Source of the DNA: Candidatus Helarchaeota ASGARD archaeon Hel_GB_B
GTDB lineage: Archaea; Asgardarchaeota; Lokiarchaeia; Helarchaeales; HEL-GB-B
DNA length: 32,000 bases
Assembly (NCBI GenBank): GCA_005191425.1
Contig: SUPR01000001.1
Coordinates: 1 to 32,000, forward strand
Reading direction: 5' to 3'
Shown here piece after piece: positions 1 through 9,380 of the stretch; the first letter of the stretch is position 1; each line of letters starts with the position of its first letter. The notes below the pieces were generated by a model. It was not told where the DNA came from, searched no databases, and worked only from the letters and a program-made list of their open reading frames with translations. Made by a program: the position numbers and the translations under genes.

Positions 1-3000
1 ATTAAATTGATAATTAAAGAGAGTGAAATTAATTGTAAAAATGATTCGGTAGTAAATAATTCAGTTATATACAGTTGAAAACCAATAAAAGAAATGATAC
101 TGCCAAGAAAAGCGCCAGAAATTCCACCAATAACACCAGCTGCTAATGAAATTATTAATATTTTAAAACCTGAAACCAAAAAAATTTGGAAATTATTTCC
201 ACCAAGAGCTTTTATTATTCCAATAAATTTTCGCGATTCATTTAAACTAGATGATACAACATTCATGATCGATAAACTTACGAGAAGTGTGATTATTATT
301 GTTAAAATATAAATTATTGATTTTGTCAAACCAAAAGTTTGTTCAAGTAGAGACGATGAATATGAAATAGGATTTGCAACCAGATATTTTGACTCAAAAT
401 TACTTGCAATAGAAAAAAGAAGGTTAATGGTAGAATTAAGATTATAGGTATTAATATTTTTAGACCAAGTATTTCCTTTATAAGAAACTGAGATTATATA
501 TTCATCTTCGCACATCGAGAAAACTGCTTCTCCGTTAATATTAGTATAATTATTATATAATATACTCCCATTTTTTAGCAATACTTCTACTAAAACTCCA
601 GATACTAAATCATTTGAAGTATTTTTTACAATTACATTTAATTTATATGGTGGTAAATAAAAAATTAAGTTTCTATCACACCAAATATCTAAAATTTCTT
701 TTTTATAATATCCATTTTTTTCAACTGTAATATTATAGGAACCAGTTTCTAAATATATTTGACCAAGACCCAAGTCATTAGTGAATAATTGTTCATTAAT
801 TACATTATTGGTCGAAATTATGTTTATTTTTGCATATTGAAAAGGGGCGTCAAAACCATTTAAAACCTTGATTTTTACTAAATTTGTCCTAATTATTGAG
901 AAATTCAATGCCGTATCTTTAGTTAAATTTATGAATCGATATTGGTTTATGTTATGATAATAAATAGATACATTATATAGATTACTTTCAGTTATATCGA
1001 GGATAAACTTTACAGATCCATTAATATCCGTGATACCTTGAGCAACTAATGAAAAATTATTATATATTCTAACCAGAGCGTTTTTAATGGGTTTATTATT
1101 AACTGATTCAATTACTTTAATATCGAGGTTAAACCGTTTTGCTAATTTTATTTTGACAAAAGTGTTCGGATTTGTCTCTTTTAGATTTAATTGGACGGTA
1201 TTAGATAAATTTCCATATATAGCTGTAATGTTATATTCACCTTGATCTAAAACAAAATATGCAATTCCATTTGAATTTGTAAGATTCCATCCAATAGAAG
1301 AAATTGAAACATTAGAATTTGTTATGGGACCATTTGCATCATAAACTAAAATAGAAATATTATATGGGGGTATTAAAAAGTTTAAAATTGGATCAGAATT
1401 GACATTTATGATTTGACTTAATAACGTATTTAAATATTTAATTGTAACATTATAATCTCCAGATTTTTGAAGTAAAATACTTACAATTCCTGAAGAGCTA
1501 GAATTTGCAGTATAGATTTCTTGAGATTCGGGATATGTAGAAATTATAATCGTAGCATTTTCAATTGGTTTGGAGTTTAAAGCTGAAGTGATATTAATTG
1601 TTAAATTATAAGGTGGAGTATAAAAATTTATAATTTGGTTATTATCTCTGATCTCAACAATTTTCGAATAATTTTTACTATCAACCGTTATGGAGATATT
1701 ATATTTACCTGGATATAACATCCAAGAAACTTTTCCAAATTTATCAGTTGTCCCATTAAATATTCGTGAAGAATTTTCAATGTCTACAATCCTTATAGAT
1801 AAATTTTCCACAGAAATATTTTCTTGAAATGAACCATTAAAAACAATAAGGGTTAGATTGTAAGGAGGGATCATTATTTGTAAGTATTCATTAATATCAT
1901 TTACAATAAGGTTGGTGGAATAAATTTTCCGACTTGAATTTATCGTAATATTATAAAAATCAGGATAGAGTTTTAAATTGATTTCACCCGTTAAGTTTGA
2001 TATCGCGGAAACTTTGAACTTATCATTATAAATTGATACATTAGCGTTAGAAATTGCTGAATAATTGAACCCAATGATTTTTATTAAAACATTATAAGGA
2101 GGACACCAAAATGATAAATTAGTGTCCTTAATCAAATTAATTATTGTTGAATTAGAATATCCTGAAACAGTATATATTATTTTATAAACTCTTGATTCTA
2201 ATGAGGTGCACCAAAATCCATTTGTGCCAGTAGAATTAAAAATAGATATGTTATTTTCAGTATTAATTATAGTAATATTTGCATTTAATAAATTATGATT
2301 TGTGGAATTAATTACTGAAACATTTAATTTAAAGAATGGATATATATAAAAATGTAAAATCAAATCTGATTTTAAAGTTATTAACTTAAATTTTTTAGAT
2401 TGACCGACTATTACACTAATATTATAATAATCAGGTAATAAATTTGAAAATTGAATATATCCATCATTACCACTATAACCAGAGTCTATTAAAGTCCCAT
2501 TTAAATTCTTAATTTGCACTAAACAATCAATTAAACTTTGTTTTATTGTATCAAATACATTAATCCCTAATGAATAATTTCTAAAAAAGAAGTTTATGGT
2601 CATATTTTTATTTAAATTGACGTATTGCGTGAATTCAATTTGAGTTTTAGAATAATCGTTCCAATAAAATGTAGATATTTTATACTCTTCTTGCGGAAGC
2701 CATGCCTTTAAAATACCACTATCATTTGTTTGACCCATAAAAACCATTTCAGAATTATGCCAACAAGTGACCACTCTTTTAGAAATAGGGCTGGTTTGGT
2801 TATATAACCTAATAATCAATTGATAATGTGGATTGTATATACTTAAGTTTATTGTTTTTGTTAGATCATTTAATAAAAAAATAGATTCACTCTTTTTGAT
2901 ACCATTATATGAGATATTTAATGTGTAATTTCCAAAAGGTAAGTTAAAATTTAAATTACCAGTAGAATCGGTAGACCTTGAATAGAATATTTGTTTATTA

Positions 3001-3749
3001 ATATCATAGACTTTAACTTCTGCTCCTTGAATTGGTAAATTTGTGTAATAATTTTTAATGGTTAGATTCAAATTGTGTTTTCGCATGATAATTTCTTGTA
3101 ATTTATTTTTTGAAGTTATTTCTTGCTGAAATTTTATTCTTATAAATGTGCATTTAGAAGGATAGTGCCCAGCCATCCATTGGCCTAACGATAATGGAAT
3201 AATAATTTCATCATTTAGTGAATTTTTAGAGGATGAGAAAATGCCGACTACTTCTAATTCTAATGTAATATCTCTTAATGAACTGAAAACAATAAATTTT
3301 GACCCAATCTCTAAATTTAATTTTTGTGCAACTCTATACCCCAAGATAGCTCCATTTAAATTATTAGATGTCAGACTTTGGCCTTGAATAATTGTAAGAT
3401 CATCAATTTGCGAAAATTTACTGAAGTCTACACCCCGTGCCATAAATATCTGATTTTCTATAACGCAGGGGGTGATAGTTTCAGGGCTAGATACGATTAC
3501 ACCATTTAAATATGAAGCGCTTTTTGCTAATGAAACATCAATAAAACTGGTCGCAATAGTATTTCCTGAACCTTCTTCTGTTAAAATTAAAACATCTTGT
3601 GAATTTCCTAAATATGTTTGAATATATGAATATGCACCAAGAAATGTTGTGGTCGTAGCTGAAAATAATAAAGATGCTAAAATTAGACCAAAAAATATGT
3701 AATAAGAACGATTTCGGGGAATAATTTTAACTTGTAATAAAAATTTCAT
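1..3749 (-). CDS. Large MacB/FtsX-family ABC permease (3'-partial, >=1249 codons): N-terminal TM + MacB-like extracytoplasmic domain + 11 tandem ~80-aa beta-sandwich repeats + C-terminal FtsX TM domain
   Basis: Not in the ORF track because it runs off the left edge. Translated by hand from ATG at 3749 (overlapping the TGA of the upstream permease) with no stop to position 3. It starts MKFLLQVKIIPRNRSYYIFFGLILASLLFSATTTFLG, has MacB-like GAILGYRVAQKLNLEIGSKF...LEVVGIF, and ends in the FtsX-type SSSLNESRKFIGIIKALGGNNFQIF...LAAGVIGGISGAFLG. Confidence 0.9.
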   Translation of the reverse strand, partial: MKFLLQVKIIPRNRSYYIFFGLILASLLFSATTTTFLGAYSYIQTYLGNSQDVLILTEEGSGNTIATSFIDVSLAKSASYLNGVIVSSPETITPCVIENQIFMARGVDFSKFSQIDDLTIIQGQSLTSNNLNGAILGYRVAQKLNLEIGSKFIVFSSLRDITLELEVVGIFSSSKNSLNDEIIIPLSLGQWMAGHYPSKCTFIRIKFQQEITSKNKLQEIIMRKHNLNLTIKNYYTNLPIQGAEVKVYDINKQIFYSRSTDSTGNLNFNLPFGNYTLNISYNGIKKSESIFLLNDLTKTINLSIYNPHYQLIIRLYNQTSPISKRVVTCWHNSEMVFMGQTNDSGILKAWLPQEEYKISTFYWNDYSKTQIEFTQYVNLNKNMTINFFFRNYSLGINVFDTIKQSLIDCLVQIKNLNGTLIDSGYSGNDGYIQFSNLLPDYYNISVIVGQSKKFKLITLKSDLILHFYIYPFFKLNVSVINSTNHNLLNANITIINTENNISIFNSTGTNGFWCTSLESRVYKIIYTVSGYSNSTIINLIKDTNLSFWCPPYNVLIKIIGFNYSAISNANVSIYNDKFKVSAISNLTGEINLKLYPDFYNITINSSRKIYSTNLIVNDINEYLQIMIPPYNLTLIVFNGSFQENISVENLSIRIVDIENSSRIFNGTTDKFGKVSWMLYPGKYNISITVDSKNYSKIVEIRDNNQIINFYTPPYNLTINITSALNSKPIENATIIISTYPESQEIYTANSSSSGIVSILLQKSGDYNVTIKYLNTLLSQIINVNSDPILNFLIPPYNISILVYDANGPITNSNVSISSIGWNLTNSNGIAYFVLDQGEYNITAIYGNLSNTVQLNLKETNPNTFVKIKLAKRFNLDIKVIESVNNKPIKNALVRIYNNFSLVAQGITDINGSVKFILDITESNLYNVSIYYHNINQYRFINLTKDTALNFSIIRTNLVKIKVLNGFDAPFQYAKINIISTNNVINEQLFTNDLGLGQIYLETGSYNITVEKNGYYKKEILDIWCDRNLIFYLPPYKLNVIVKNTSNDLVSGVLVEVLLKNGSILYNNYTNINGEAVFSMCEDEYIISVSYKGNTWSKNINTYNLNSTINLLFSIASNFESKYLVANPISYSSSLLEQTFGLTKSIIYILTIIITLLVSLSIMNVVSSSLNESRKFIGIIKALGGNNFQIFLVSGFKILIISLAAGVIGGISGAFLGSIISFIGFQLYITELFTTESFLQLISLSLIINL
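400..3080 (-). repeat. Protein-level tandem array of 11 degenerate ~78-84 aa beta-sandwich domains (carboxypeptidase-regulatory/CnaB/prealbumin-like)
   Basis: In-frame PPY(N/K) repeat starts at 2102, 1868, 1616, 1370 and 653 (spacings 234, 252, 246 nt among the first four). Recurring pattern: L-x-I-x-V...PI-x-NA-x-V-x-I...G-x-T-x-x-x-G...L-x-x-G-x-YNITI. The fold assignment is inference. Confidence 0.8.
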
Positions 3750-5440
3750 TCTAGCATCCGCTCAATCTTTTTTCTTGATATATTATAAGACGGTATGAAT
3801 CCGCCAATTAATCCTGAACTTGTAGAAACTACTATTGCAAATAATATAAATAATGGATCAAATATTGGACTTATATATATTGATAAAAGGATATAAATTA
3901 AATATATTACACCGTAACATAGGAAAATACCACCAAATGCTCCTAATAAACTACCTAAAAAACTTAATATAAAACTTTCATATAAAAAAATTCTAATTAT
4001 TTGATTATTATTAGCACCTATAGACTTATAAATCTGAATCTCCTTTTTTGAATCTTTAATAATTACTTGCATGATATGAAACATTCCGAATAGCATTAAA
4101 CAAAAAATAAAAATAAACAATAATATTAAACTGTAGGTAGTCCTATTAATTAAATTACTAATGAATGAATTCATTTGATTTTCACGCTGAGCATTTAGTC
4201 CATTAAAATTATTTTCAATATAAGAAATTACTTCCGTTGATTTTGTATAATCAGTTAATTTAATTTCAATTACTGAATAATAATTAGAAAGTAAGGGGTT
4301 TAAATAATTAGATAAATTAAAATCTCCTATTATTCCTCCATCATAGTAAGAATTGGTCTGAAATATCCCAATTATATTAACTTCTCTTTTATTACCGCCC
4401 GCAGATAAATTCGCTTTTATCGGTAGATTATTACTTGATACGTTCAACATAATTGCGACTTCTAATCCTAAAATTATTTCAGAATCATTCATATTAGTAG
4501 GATTTTTATAATACCAATTCATTGTTTGACGCAAATTTCTAAATAAGGAATAATTCAAGCCGTAAAAATAAGTGGAAATATTATTATTTTCTTTTGAAAT
4601 ATTAATTTTAAAATATTTTTGAGGGCATTTAATATCAATATATTGGTGTGTTATTTGGTCTGGGATCTTAATATTAATAATGCTATCAGAAAATGAGTTA
4701 GATGAACTATTTGTTATAATAAGAAAGTTTGCATACTGATATTTTCCTGCTAATATGCCGATTTGATAATAATAGCCAGTAACTAATGGTTTAGGGACTA
4801 CTATTAACGCTACACTTATTGCTATACCAAATATTGCTCCCAATGTCCGTTTTTTCCTGCTTAAAATTGATTTGACTGATAGACTAATAAAACCGCCAAT
4901 TTCAATTTCTAACGTAGAAAACAGAAAAGCTAAACCAGTCAAAATTATCCAAATGATAATTGTACTTATTAATATCTCACCAAATGTGGAGATAGAAATT
5001 TTTAAAATATATTTATTCAAAAAATAAAATATTGATATAAAAGAAGGAGATATTACAAAACCTGAATTTAATAAATTTATTATTTTTATCTTCTTATACA
5101 CTGAAATTAAAAATATAATTAATAACCACAAGAGAATTAAGACTATTTCAGTTATAATAAATAATACAGGTGAGAAATATATATTAATTACAATATATTT
5201 GAGGTCTAAGTTAATAGCATAATGATAAAAAAGTTCCATAATAGGTTCCCAAGTAGTTGTAGATAAGATAAGACTTAACAATGAACTTCCAAAAATAAAA
5301 ACCAAAATTCCGTGCCATGCATTTACTTTTGTTAAATTCTTATAATATGATTTACCGGATAAAAACAAAGCACCTATAAATTTCTTATAAAATGAATAAT
5401 TACCTTTTTTATCTCTTATATCACTATTAACTGATTTCAA
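3746..5440 (-). CDS. MacB/FtsX-family ABC permease (564 aa) with an extra N-terminal multi-TM domain
   Basis: SILSRKKRTLGAIFGIAISVALIV (MacB N-terminal TM), EIILGLEVAIMLNV...VNIIGIF (MacB PCD), KDSKKEIQIYKSIGANNNQIIRIFLYE and GFIPSYNISR (FtsX domain). TTG start. Confidence 0.9.
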   Translation of the reverse strand: MKSVNSDIRDKKGNYSFYKKFIGALFLSGKSYYKNLTKVNAWHGILVFIFGSSLLSLILSTTTWEPIMELFYHYAINLDLKYIVINIYFSPVLFIITEIVLILLWLLIIFLISVYKKIKIINLLNSGFVISPSFISIFYFLNKYILKISISTFGEILISTIIIWIILTGLAFLFSTLEIEIGGFISLSVKSILSRKKRTLGAIFGIAISVALIVVPKPLVTGYYYQIGILAGKYQYANFLIITNSSSNSFSDSIINIKIPDQITHQYIDIKCPQKYFKINISKENNNISTYFYGLNYSLFRNLRQTMNWYYKNPTNMNDSEIILGLEVAIMLNVSSNNLPIKANLSAGGNKREVNIIGIFQTNSYYDGGIIGDFNLSNYLNPLLSNYYSVIEIKLTDYTKSTEVISYIENNFNGLNAQRENQMNSFISNLINRTTYSLILLFIFIFCLMLFGMFHIMQVIIKDSKKEIQIYKSIGANNNQIIRIFLYESFILSFLGSLLGAFGGIFLCYGVIYLIYILLSIYISPIFDPLFILFAIVVSTSSGLIGGFIPSYNISRKKIERMLE

Positions 5441-5464
5441 GTTAATATCGAACCTAATTTTAAT

Positions 5465-6340
5465 TTATATCTTATTTCCTAATATTAAATTTATTTTTAT
5501 TGTATTAAAATCATCAATAAATGTAATAGAATCCAATTTCAATTGATATTTTATTTTTTTTATTAATAACATAATAATTATATTGCAAATGGGTAGAAAA
5601 ATTATAGTATTTAAACCAATATAATTATCAAGTAGATTTATATTATTCAAAAATTTATTATTTATTATCTTTATTTCAATAGAACCCTCTGAAATCTCAG
5701 ATATTATTATATCATCCACTAGATTATATTTTATTTTGAATATTTGGGCTACCTTTTTTATAAATGATGAATAACTTTTATAATATATATAATCTAACAA
5801 CTCTTTCTCCATTTTTTCCATAAAATTAGTACCTAAAGGTACAATAACAAAACCATAATCAGTAATATATTCGATAATTTTATTCATAGATTTGATCGAT
5901 AACTTAGAAATATCCTTTTTTATATCCTCAAATTTTAAAATTAATACAGGCTGGTTCTCTAAAAGAGTGTAAAAGAGAGAATATGTATTATTCTTAAAAA
6001 ACAATTTATTATGAACTGACAATAAAAAATTTTTAAGTTCAATGTTCAATTTATTGATTTCAGAATTGTCATTATAATAAAATATTATAAAAAAACCAAA
6101 CCCACCAATTGTAGCCGCCCATACTGCCATTAATATATAATTAGAATATTCACTAAACAAAAAAAGCGAAATTATATAAAATAAATATATAAAAATCAAA
6201 AATAATAGATATAAATATTTGAAATATGGCTTAATTTTATCATATTTTTTTTGTAAATAATTTTCTCTATGGTTTATTATTTTTGATTTTTCATTGAGGA
6301 TTTTTTGAATTTTTTCCTTTATATTGTTTTGATTATTCAT
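5465..6340 (-). CDS. Membrane protein with two N-terminal TM helices and a C-terminal soluble domain with V4R-like character
   Basis: Hydrophobic YLYLLFLIFIYLFYIISLFLF and ILMAVWAATIGGFGFFIIFY; C-terminal IEIKIINNKF...LPICNIIIMLL. ATG at 6340 overlaps the upstream stop by 8 nt and is preferred over the track start at 6358. Confidence 0.7.
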   Translation of the reverse strand: MNNQNNIKEKIQKILNEKSKIINHRENYLQKKYDKIKPYFKYLYLLFLIFIYLFYIISLFLFSEYSNYILMAVWAATIGGFGFFIIFYYNDNSEINKLNIELKNFLLSVHNKLFFKNNTYSLFYTLLENQPVLILKFEDIKKDISKLSIKSMNKIIEYITDYGFVIVPLGTNFMEKMEKELLDYIYYKSYSSFIKKVAQIFKIKYNLVDDIIISEISEGSIEIKIINNKFLNNINLLDNYIGLNTIIFLPICNIIIMLLIKKIKYQLKLDSITFIDDFNTIKINLILGNKI

Positions 6341-8228
6341 TTTCTTTATCCATTTCATTGATAAGATTTTTAAGAATGTTTTTTAATTCGTTATCAGGGA
6401 GATATATTATATTTTGTAATTTGGAATAGGTTAGATTAGAATTTTCTTTTATATATTTTTTTAACCAATTTTGAAATCTAATTTTATCTAATATGACCAA
6501 GGTTGAATTATTTTTCGCAATAATATAGCGTAAATTATTATCATTATTAACCAATTTTCTAATTGTATTATCAAATTTTTTAAATGTAATATTGTTCTTT
6601 TTACAAAATTCCGTTATTTTAATGGTTTTATTTGAATTTAATAGCTTATATATTAATTTTTCAATTCTTTTTGATTTGTTTAAAATTATATATCCAATAG
6701 TAAAAATTAAAGTCAATATTATTATTAATAATATTAACAAAAGTAGATAAAAAGGGTTCATATAAAATGGGTTTACTATTAAGTTCAACGAATAAATGCC
6801 GAGAATATTGCTAAAATAATAAATTATTATAGAAACTGAAGCGTTTCCAGGAGGAGATGTCCATGACATAGTTAATTTTAAGCTAAAATTGTTTTCTCCG
6901 GGAGTTATATTAATTAGTTTATATGTTTCATATATCCGATCGCTAGAAAAAATTAAGATGGTAATATTTATCGAATAATTATAATAATTGTTATAATTAA
7001 CATTCATTACAATATTTTCTCCAGGATATACAGTAATTTTTGGACAATTAAATTTAAAACTATAGGGCTTATTAATTATTATTGACAAATTACGAAAGTA
7101 TATTTGTAAATCACTACCATTAAACGATTTATTTATATAAATTTTAACGATAAGATAGGTTTTTTTTGGTAGTGCATTATATTGACATTTAATATTACCG
7201 TCTATCTTTCTATTTAATTCATATTTATAGAGCACACCAGTAAGCTCATCATTTTCAAAAAATTGGGAAATAAAATTTATTCTATAAGAAAAATTGGAAT
7301 CACAATAATTTGAAATCGTAAGGTTGTAAAATAGCGAGTTGAACAATAAAATCTGGGAATTATAATTAAAATTTGTGATAAATGGAGTGCTAAAAAATCG
7401 GTTAATAACTAACGAATAAATCCAATTACCAATTGTAGTAAAATTTAATGTATCAATCCAATCAGCATGTACCCTGATAAAATACCCCCGCCCGTTTTTA
7501 GGTTGAAATAAAATAGGATCAGCCAAATCACCATTTTGACAATATAATTCGTAATAAATAGAATTTGACTCCAATAAACTAATAGAAGTGAAAATATCAT
7601 TAGTATGAGAAAATAATTTCGGAATATAGTATTTTCCAAGCGTCGTTGGAATTACAAGTTGATCAGACCTAGTTATAATATAATTCATATCTAAGACTTT
7701 TTGACCACCATTATGTCCATATTCTTTGTTTGTCCCATTTGGATAACTTATCCAATAAAACTCTTCACATCCAGTCCAGAGAATTATTCCTCCATTGTCC
7801 AACCATTTTTCAATTAATGAATTTTCAGACCCATTCCAAATAAAATATGGAAGGATACCCATTGAAACTATTAAAATTCCTTTAGAATTATTCTCTAAAA
7901 AGTTAAGTAAATGTATATCGTCTAAGATATTGCTCTTAATTCCAAAATTATTAAAACTTGTATTTAAAAAATCAGCTAATTCTTTAGAATATGAGATCCA
8001 AGGGGCAGAATAATTGTCATCATAAAAAATAACAACAGGTAATAAATTATTTTTTGAATTACTATAAATATTGCCATTATTTAGAAATTTTTGAGGGACT
8101 TGACCAAAATTAGTCAGATTTACATTTAAAATAAATGAAAAAAAATAACCTGATGCAATAAATAATAAAATACCATATAATTTTGTTTTTCTCAAATAAA
8201 TGACCAATAAAAATGTTAGTTTAATCAA
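6333..8228 (-). CDS. Predicted surface glycoprotein: N-terminal anchor, alpha/beta extracellular domain, Ig-like region, TM helix, cytoplasmic winged-helix-like tail (631 aa)
   Basis: N-terminal hydrophobic segment; KWLDNGGIILWTG motif; many N-x-S/T sequons; TM FYLLLLILLIIILTLIFTIGYIIL; basic tail LLNSNKTIKITEFCKKNNITFKKFDNTIRKLV. Confidence 0.75.
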   Translation of the reverse strand: MIKLTFLLVIYLRKTKLYGILLFIASGYFFSFILNVNLTNFGQVPQKFLNNGNIYSNSKNNLLPVVIFYDDNYSAPWISYSKELADFLNTSFNNFGIKSNILDDIHLLNFLENNSKGILIVSMGILPYFIWNGSENSLIEKWLDNGGIILWTGCEEFYWISYPNGTNKEYGHNGGQKVLDMNYIITRSDQLVIPTTLGKYYIPKLFSHTNDIFTSISLLESNSIYYELYCQNGDLADPILFQPKNGRGYFIRVHADWIDTLNFTTIGNWIYSLVINRFFSTPFITNFNYNSQILLFNSLFYNLTISNYCDSNFSYRINFISQFFENDELTGVLYKYELNRKIDGNIKCQYNALPKKTYLIVKIYINKSFNGSDLQIYFRNLSIIINKPYSFKFNCPKITVYPGENIVMNVNYNNYYNYSINITILIFSSDRIYETYKLINITPGENNFSLKLTMSWTSPPGNASVSIIIYYFSNILGIYSLNLIVNPFYMNPFYLLLLILLIIILTLIFTIGYIILNKSKRIEKLIYKLLNSNKTIKITEFCKKNNITFKKFDNTIRKLVNNDNNLRYIIAKNNSTLVILDKIRFQNWLKKYIKENSNLTYSKLQNIIYLPDNELKNILKNLINEMDKENE

Positions 8229-8321
8229 ATTATTAAAAAGATATATTTATGAATATTTGTCAACCAAATCATATTTATTACTATTAAATAAATATTTTAC
8301 TAAAAAATTGGTGATCTTAAA

Positions 8322-9359
8322 ATGAAAATAATAGTAACTGGTGGGTCTGGTTTTATCGGCTCAAATTTAGTTTATAATTTAATGCAAGACCAAGAAAACG
8401 AAATTTTTATAATCGATAGTTTGATTAGGGAGGGGTCTCAGTATAATTATGAATGGTTATCTGGCCAATTTAAGAGTTACGAGAATTTTCATTTTATTCA
8501 AGAAGATATAAGAAAATTTGATAGTATTAAAAATTATTTTAAAGATGTAGACATGGTTTTTCATATAGCAGGGCAAGTTGCGGTGACTACATCAGTAATA
8601 GATCCGATAACTGATTTTGAGATTAATGCTAGAGGTACCTTAAATATATTAGAGAGTTCTAGATTGTCAAATAATGACCCAATTATTTTATTTACATCAA
8701 CAAATAAGGTGTATGGAAATTTAGAAATCTATGATGTTGTTTTAAGAAATAACAGATGGGATTTTAAAGATTTAAAAAAAGGTAATAGTGAAACCACACC
8801 TGTAGATTTTCATAGTCCTTATGGGTGTTCTAAAGGGACTGCTGATTCTTATATGAAGGATTATTATAGAATTTATGGCTTAAAGACTATTGTTTTTAGG
8901 ATGTCTTGCATTTATGGCACAAGGCAATTTGGAAATGAAGACCAAGGCTGGGTTGCTCATTTTATAATTTCAAGCATTTTAAACAAAAAATTAACAATTT
9001 ATGGCGATGGTAAACAAGTAAGAGATATTTTATTTGTAGATGATTTGATAAATGCAATGAAATTAGCTACTACTAATATTGATAAAACAAAAGGAAATGT
9101 TTATAATATTGGTGGTGGGCCAAGTAATGTAATATCGCTTCTAGAATTAATTGAAATACTTGAAAATAAACTAAAAAGGAAAATACCACTGAATTTCGAT
9201 GATTGGAGACCTGGAGACCAAAAAGTTTACTATTCAAATATTACAAAGGCTAATAATGATTTTAAATGGACCCCAAATATTAATAAAATTGACGGTATTT
9301 CAAAATTATACAATTGGGTAATAGAAAACAAGGAAATGATCAAAAAAATATTTAAATAA
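8322..9359 (+). CDS. rfbE: NAD-dependent epimerase, CDP-paratose 2-epimerase (RfbE/Tyv)-like SDR
   Basis: GGSGFIGSN, HIAGQVAVTTS, STNKVYG, SPYGCSKG, RMSCIYGTRQFGNEDQGWVAHF and WRPGDQKVY are characteristic of this subfamily. Confidence 0.8.
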   Translation: MKIIVTGGSGFIGSNLVYNLMQDQENEIFIIDSLIREGSQYNYEWLSGQFKSYENFHFIQEDIRKFDSIKNYFKDVDMVFHIAGQVAVTTSVIDPITDFEINARGTLNILESSRLSNNDPIILFTSTNKVYGNLEIYDVVLRNNRWDFKDLKKGNSETTPVDFHSPYGCSKGTADSYMKDYYRIYGLKTIVFRMSCIYGTRQFGNEDQGWVAHFIISSILNKKLTIYGDGKQVRDILFVDDLINAMKLATTNIDKTKGNVYNIGGGPSNVISLLELIEILENKLKRKIPLNFDDWRPGDQKVYYSNITKANNDFKWTPNINKIDGISKLYNWVIENKEMIKKIFK

Positions 9360-9380
9360 CTCAAGAGGGGTTATATTTAT

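Noticed and set aside
94-312. 72-aa plus-strand ORF from the track
   Set aside because: Antisense shadow of the FtsX TM region of the large minus-strand permease.
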